Source of the DNA: Heptranchias perlo
Taxonomy: Eukaryota
Assembly (NCBI RefSeq): GCF_035084215.1
Contig: NC_090352.1
Coordinates: 5,642,001-5,706,000, forward strand
Direction of reading: 5' to 3'
DNA length: 64,000 nt
Within the stretch, counting starts at the first letter, position 1. Each line of letters opens with the position of its first letter. Under the pieces are notes generated by a model that ran no database searches, had not been told where the DNA came from, and worked only from the letters and a program-made list of their open reading frames with translations. A program made the position numbers and the translations under genes. Below, one piece after another: positions 60,161 through 64,000 of the stretch.

Positions 60161-62363
60161 AATGATTTAAAAGGGGAGGGGTGACCAGTGGAATGGAATT
60201 CCCTTCTTGAAATTTCCTCACCCTTGGCCTAGGTTACGCTGAGCTGCTGGAACACCAGGCTCAATGAGGTGTACAGGCAGGTGTAACATCCACCTAGAGG
60301 ACTAGGCCTGGACCCCAAAGAAAATTCCTGCACTGTCAGGGAATTGAACCTTTAGGAAAAAAGCCCTGCTGTATTGGTGACCCCGGCAGGGCCACAAATG
60401 GCTGGTTTTCACTGCATTATCCATCTCCTTTCATCTAGTGGGCACCTGAGACATAGCAGCATAGGAATTGCTGGATGAAAAAAGCCCAAGGTCCATCTAG
60501 TTTGCCTTCTACCATCCTGGTAGTCACATAATATAATGATAATGGATTTGTTGACTAATCATGGCAATCAATCTCTATCAATTCGTCTACAACAGACCCG
60601 GACATGAGGTGAGGAAAAGCCCCAGTGGTGGAGAACTTTGGGAACCATAGGTCAAAAGTCACCTGTTCCTCCCAAGCACGCTGCACCCATAGAGGGCGGA
60701 TAATGAAGGAACCTCCTCCTGACCCCAGATATTTTGGCAAGGTCATGGGCTTGGGTTCCTGTAGATTTTTGGCTCCAACATTCTAACTGCAGCCTAACCA
60801 ATGACTTGCATTGGTTTGGCATCAGCTCTTTGCTTTTGTCCTCTGTACCCCTATTTATAAAACCCAGGGATCCCATTTTAACAGCTTTATCATCTTGCCC
60901 TCCCACTGTTAAAGATTTGTGCATCTGATCTCCTTAATCTCTCTGCTCCTCTATTCCCTTTAAAGCTTTACTATTTAAATCATAATTCCTCTCCTTATTC
61001 TTCCTCCCAAAATATATAACCTCACATTCCTCCACCATTAAATTTTATTTGACATCTAGCTGCCCAATCTACTCATGTGCCTGTGTCTTCCTGAAGTCAC
61101 ATCAGTTAACCACCCTCCATATTTTTGTGCCTTCTACAAATGTTGACACTGTGCCCCATAACCCGCGTCATTTATTGAGAACAGAGAATGCCAAAACTGG
61201 ACCCCAAGGGGGGTGTAGCTCTTTGTAAATCCCTCTAATGTCAAAAACATCCATAAACCACTACTCCCTGTTTTTAGTCCTTTAACCATCTGTCTATCCA
61301 TGCCTCCACACTCCCTTTAATAGTGTGCTTTAATTCCCCTAGGCCTTATCAAACACCTTTTGTAAATCAATATACACACACTCCAACTTGCCTTTTACAA
61401 ATCCATGTTGGCTGTCCTTAGTTAACCCTTGCCTTTCTAGGTTATCAATTTTCTCCTGTATTATGGCCTCTAGTAGGTTGCCTACTGCCGATGTTAAGCT
61501 GACCGGTGTATAGTTACCTGGTTTATTCCTTTCTCCCCTTTTGAACAGAGGTGTTACACTGGCATCCCTCCAGTCCTCTGGCACAACTTCCATATCAAAG
61601 GATGCTTGCAAGATTGTGGTCGGAGCCTCTGCTATTTCCTGGGATGTACACCGCCAGGACCTTTTCCACTTTGAGTTCCACAATTTTTTCCGGTACTACT
61701 TCCTTATCTACATTTATCCTATTTAATTGCTTCAGCTCCTCCTTTTAATTCCCCCTATCACATTTTTCTGTGGAAACTAAAGCAAAGTACTCAGTTAGTG
61801 GGCTCCATTTTCGCACCCCCGAGTGGATGCGTTCGTGGCGGGGGGGCTGCGAAAATCAGGGATTCCCGGGGCGGGTCCGGAGCCTGACTCCAACCCGCCC
61901 ACTTCCGGGTTCCCCAGTGACGCGCTGACATGCGCGCGCAGCCCCCGCATGTGGGACTCCCGCCGGCAATTAAAGCCGACGGGGTGCTACTTAAAGTAAT
62001 TATTTAGGTATTTCAGGTCGTTTAGAGACCTGATTGACCTGATATTTTAGGAGGGCTGGGATTTTGCAAACAACTGGGACTATTTCCCGTACTGGGGGAA
62101 ACACTCCCAGTTGAAATGGACGTGTTGCAGCCACCAGCCTGTGGCATCTGCAAAGGTCCATTTGACAGGTGTGGGGGGAAGACCCTCACTCATTGCAGGA
62201 GGCCACTCTGTCACTTTGGACAAAGTTTGGCCTCCACCACCCTCCCACTAACAATAAAATTCACAAACTTGCACACTTACCCCGGTGTCCAGACACATTT
62301 ACCTACCTTGCGGACCCCCTCAAATGTACATCTTCCGGATGGGGGAACGCCGTAGCTGCAGCC

Positions 62364-62756
62364 ATGACCTCCTCGGAGGACGAACAGCATCACCAGCCTC
62401 GCTGGCCACGCTGTCCACCTCTGACACGTGGAGCTCCACAACACAGTGCTGTGACACATCCACCTGCACAGCAGGAGGGAGGGCAACCACAGAGAGAGAT
62501 GCATCGCAGAAGGCACTACCCTCGCCACAGGGTCTACAGACAGTGCACACGGAGGCTCAGAGTCACTCGACATGTAGTCGTGGACATCTGCAGCCTCCCG
62601 AGCACCATCTTCTTACCTGTCACTGTCAAAGTCACCACTGCCCTCAACAACTTCTCCTCCGCATCCTTCCAGGGTGCCACCGGGGACATCGCCGACGTCT
62701 CTCAGTCGTCTGCACAAAAGATCCCTGCAAATACACCTACACCCACTCTGCAGTGA
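62364..62756 (+). pseudogene. Harbinger transposase N-terminal (HTH) fragment, no DDE domain
   Basis: RHYPRHRVYR, RRLRVTR, LPVTVKVTTALNNFSSASFQGATGD aligns to 35307-36164. Confidence 0.8.
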
Positions 62757-63283
62757 AACAATGGGTGGCATCAGTTGTGGGTCTTCATTGTGATCCTCAG
62801 GAAAGGACATTATTGCACAAGCCAGAAGATTCGCAAAGACGTGGCATTAGTGATGCCAATATAATATGTAATGTGAGTTGATCCGAAATTAAATATAAGT
62901 AAAAACCATGACAAACCCTCAAACACCCTTGTGCATCCCCTTCGTGCTCACGACATGTTTGCCTTACGCTGCCTACTGCACATATGTGATGCATGCCCTG
63001 TGGCTGCAGCACAGGTAGTGGCAGGTTGAGTGAGGCTAGCCGTGAAAGAGATGCACGAGAGGGTGAGTATGAGATAGAGCCATGAGATTGTATGAGGATT
63101 GGGTTGAGTGGTAGTGGCGGGATGAGTACTGGCGAGGTGAGTAAGTGCAGGTAAGATGAGGATGAGCTTTGAGTGGGTGTGAGGGGTGATGTGACAGAGT
63201 AGTGTTGGCAGTGCAGAAGGAGATGTGGGGTGGGGGCGGTGATGTGGCAGACGGAGTGTAGGGGAATGAGTAAGTGTACTCAC

Positions 63284-63529
63284 TTCGGCTGACCTACTGA
63301 GGTCATTGAAGCGCCTCCTGCACTGTATGCAGGTGCGCGATATGTTGGTGGTGCAGGTGACCTCCTCTGCCATCTCGAGCCAGGCCTTCTTGGTGGCAGA
63401 GGCAGGCCGCTTCCTCCCGCCCGCCGGGGGGAAGATCTCTGTCCTCCCCCTCCTCCTCACCCCATCCAATAATACCTGGAGTGAGGCATCATTAAACCTG
63501 GGAGCAGCCTTCCCCCTGGGCTGCTCCAT
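63284..63529 (-). CDS. Harbinger Myb/SANT-like protein exon 1 (intact reading frame)
   Basis: MEQPRGKAAPRFNDASLQVLL...AWLEMAEEV...RTCIQCRRRFNDL; donor GAA|GTGAGT at 63283; TATTTAAAGGG upstream at 63577-63587. Confidence 0.8.
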
Positions 63530-64000
63530 GCTGTAATTTTTCCTATTTTCTGCAGCATCAGTCAGTGGAGGACTGCCCCTTTAAATAGAGCTCCTCCAGC
63601 TGACAGCCCATGCTGTGCATGCGCAGTCCGCCCGCTGCGCAGCTTTCCAGCGCGAAACCCGGAAGCACAGGTAAGTGGCTGCAATTAAGCTGCGATTGTG
63701 TGCGGAGCAGACTGATTTCACTGGGCGCGTTACCCACACGCCCACTCGACCCCGCGCTGCAAACCCGCCGCCCTCCTAATATTGGGCCCAGTATCTCCGC
63801 CATTACTCTTGCATTAACTTTTTAAAAAACTTTTTACCCGTTTATAAAATCCTATACTATTTCTATTTATGTTGTCGATCAGTCTTCCATCATAACACCT
63901 TACCAATCTCCTCTTTTGCTTCCCCTCTATATTTTTTATATTCAGCTTTATTTTCTTTTGTATTGTAGTCCTCGATTTGTCACATGCCTCCTTTTTTAAG

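Larger units (their letters stand above)
61800..63789. mobile_element. Internally deleted Harbinger element keeping the 5' parts of both genes
   Basis: TIRs GGGCTCCATTTT / AATATTGGGCCC; TSD AGT at 61797-61799 and 63790-63792. Confidence 0.9.
60770..64000 (-). mobile_element. Old CR1 interrupted by the Harbinger element at 61800-63789
   Basis: VPEDWRDASVTPLFK, SQHGFVKG; host AAGTACTCAGTTAGT|ATCTCCGCC is contiguous across the insertion. Confidence 0.8.

Noticed and set aside
1-64000. CRISPR arrays, operons, retrons or other prokaryotic systems
   Set aside because: The sequence is vertebrate; all RTs are non-LTR or PLE type, and no regularly spaced repeat-spacer array is present

Overview
This is repeat-dominated vertebrate genomic DNA, most likely from a cartilaginous fish (shark). 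That is inferred from the mix of CR1 LINEs with (CTATGATT)n tails, L2 fragments, Deu-domain SINEs, an LF-SINE-like element, GC-rich PIF/Harbinger transposons and MITEs, and Penelope-like elements (PLEs). No intact host gene is evident. A few isolated exon-like segments (3399-3616, 13592-13645, perhaps 1872-2110) may belong to a degenerate LamG/TSPN-type gene. The main landmarks are a young 5'-truncated CR1 with an open 866-aa ORF2 (10851-13581, -), a near-complete Neptune-type PLE (18074-21144, +) with one premature stop, and two Harbinger elements with convergent Myb/SANT and transposase genes (33128-36662, 61800-63789). The most notable signal is a PLE promoter/ribozyme module: X-box-like motif, TATA, initiator and a minimal hammerhead ribozyme. 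A separate 138-bp TSD-flanked insertion (54013-54150) copies the predicted TSS-to-ATG leader, and its hammerhead shows compensatory stem changes. A third hammerhead sits in a fold-back PLE relic near 38.3 kb. Family names were assigned by motif recognition only; no database search was run.
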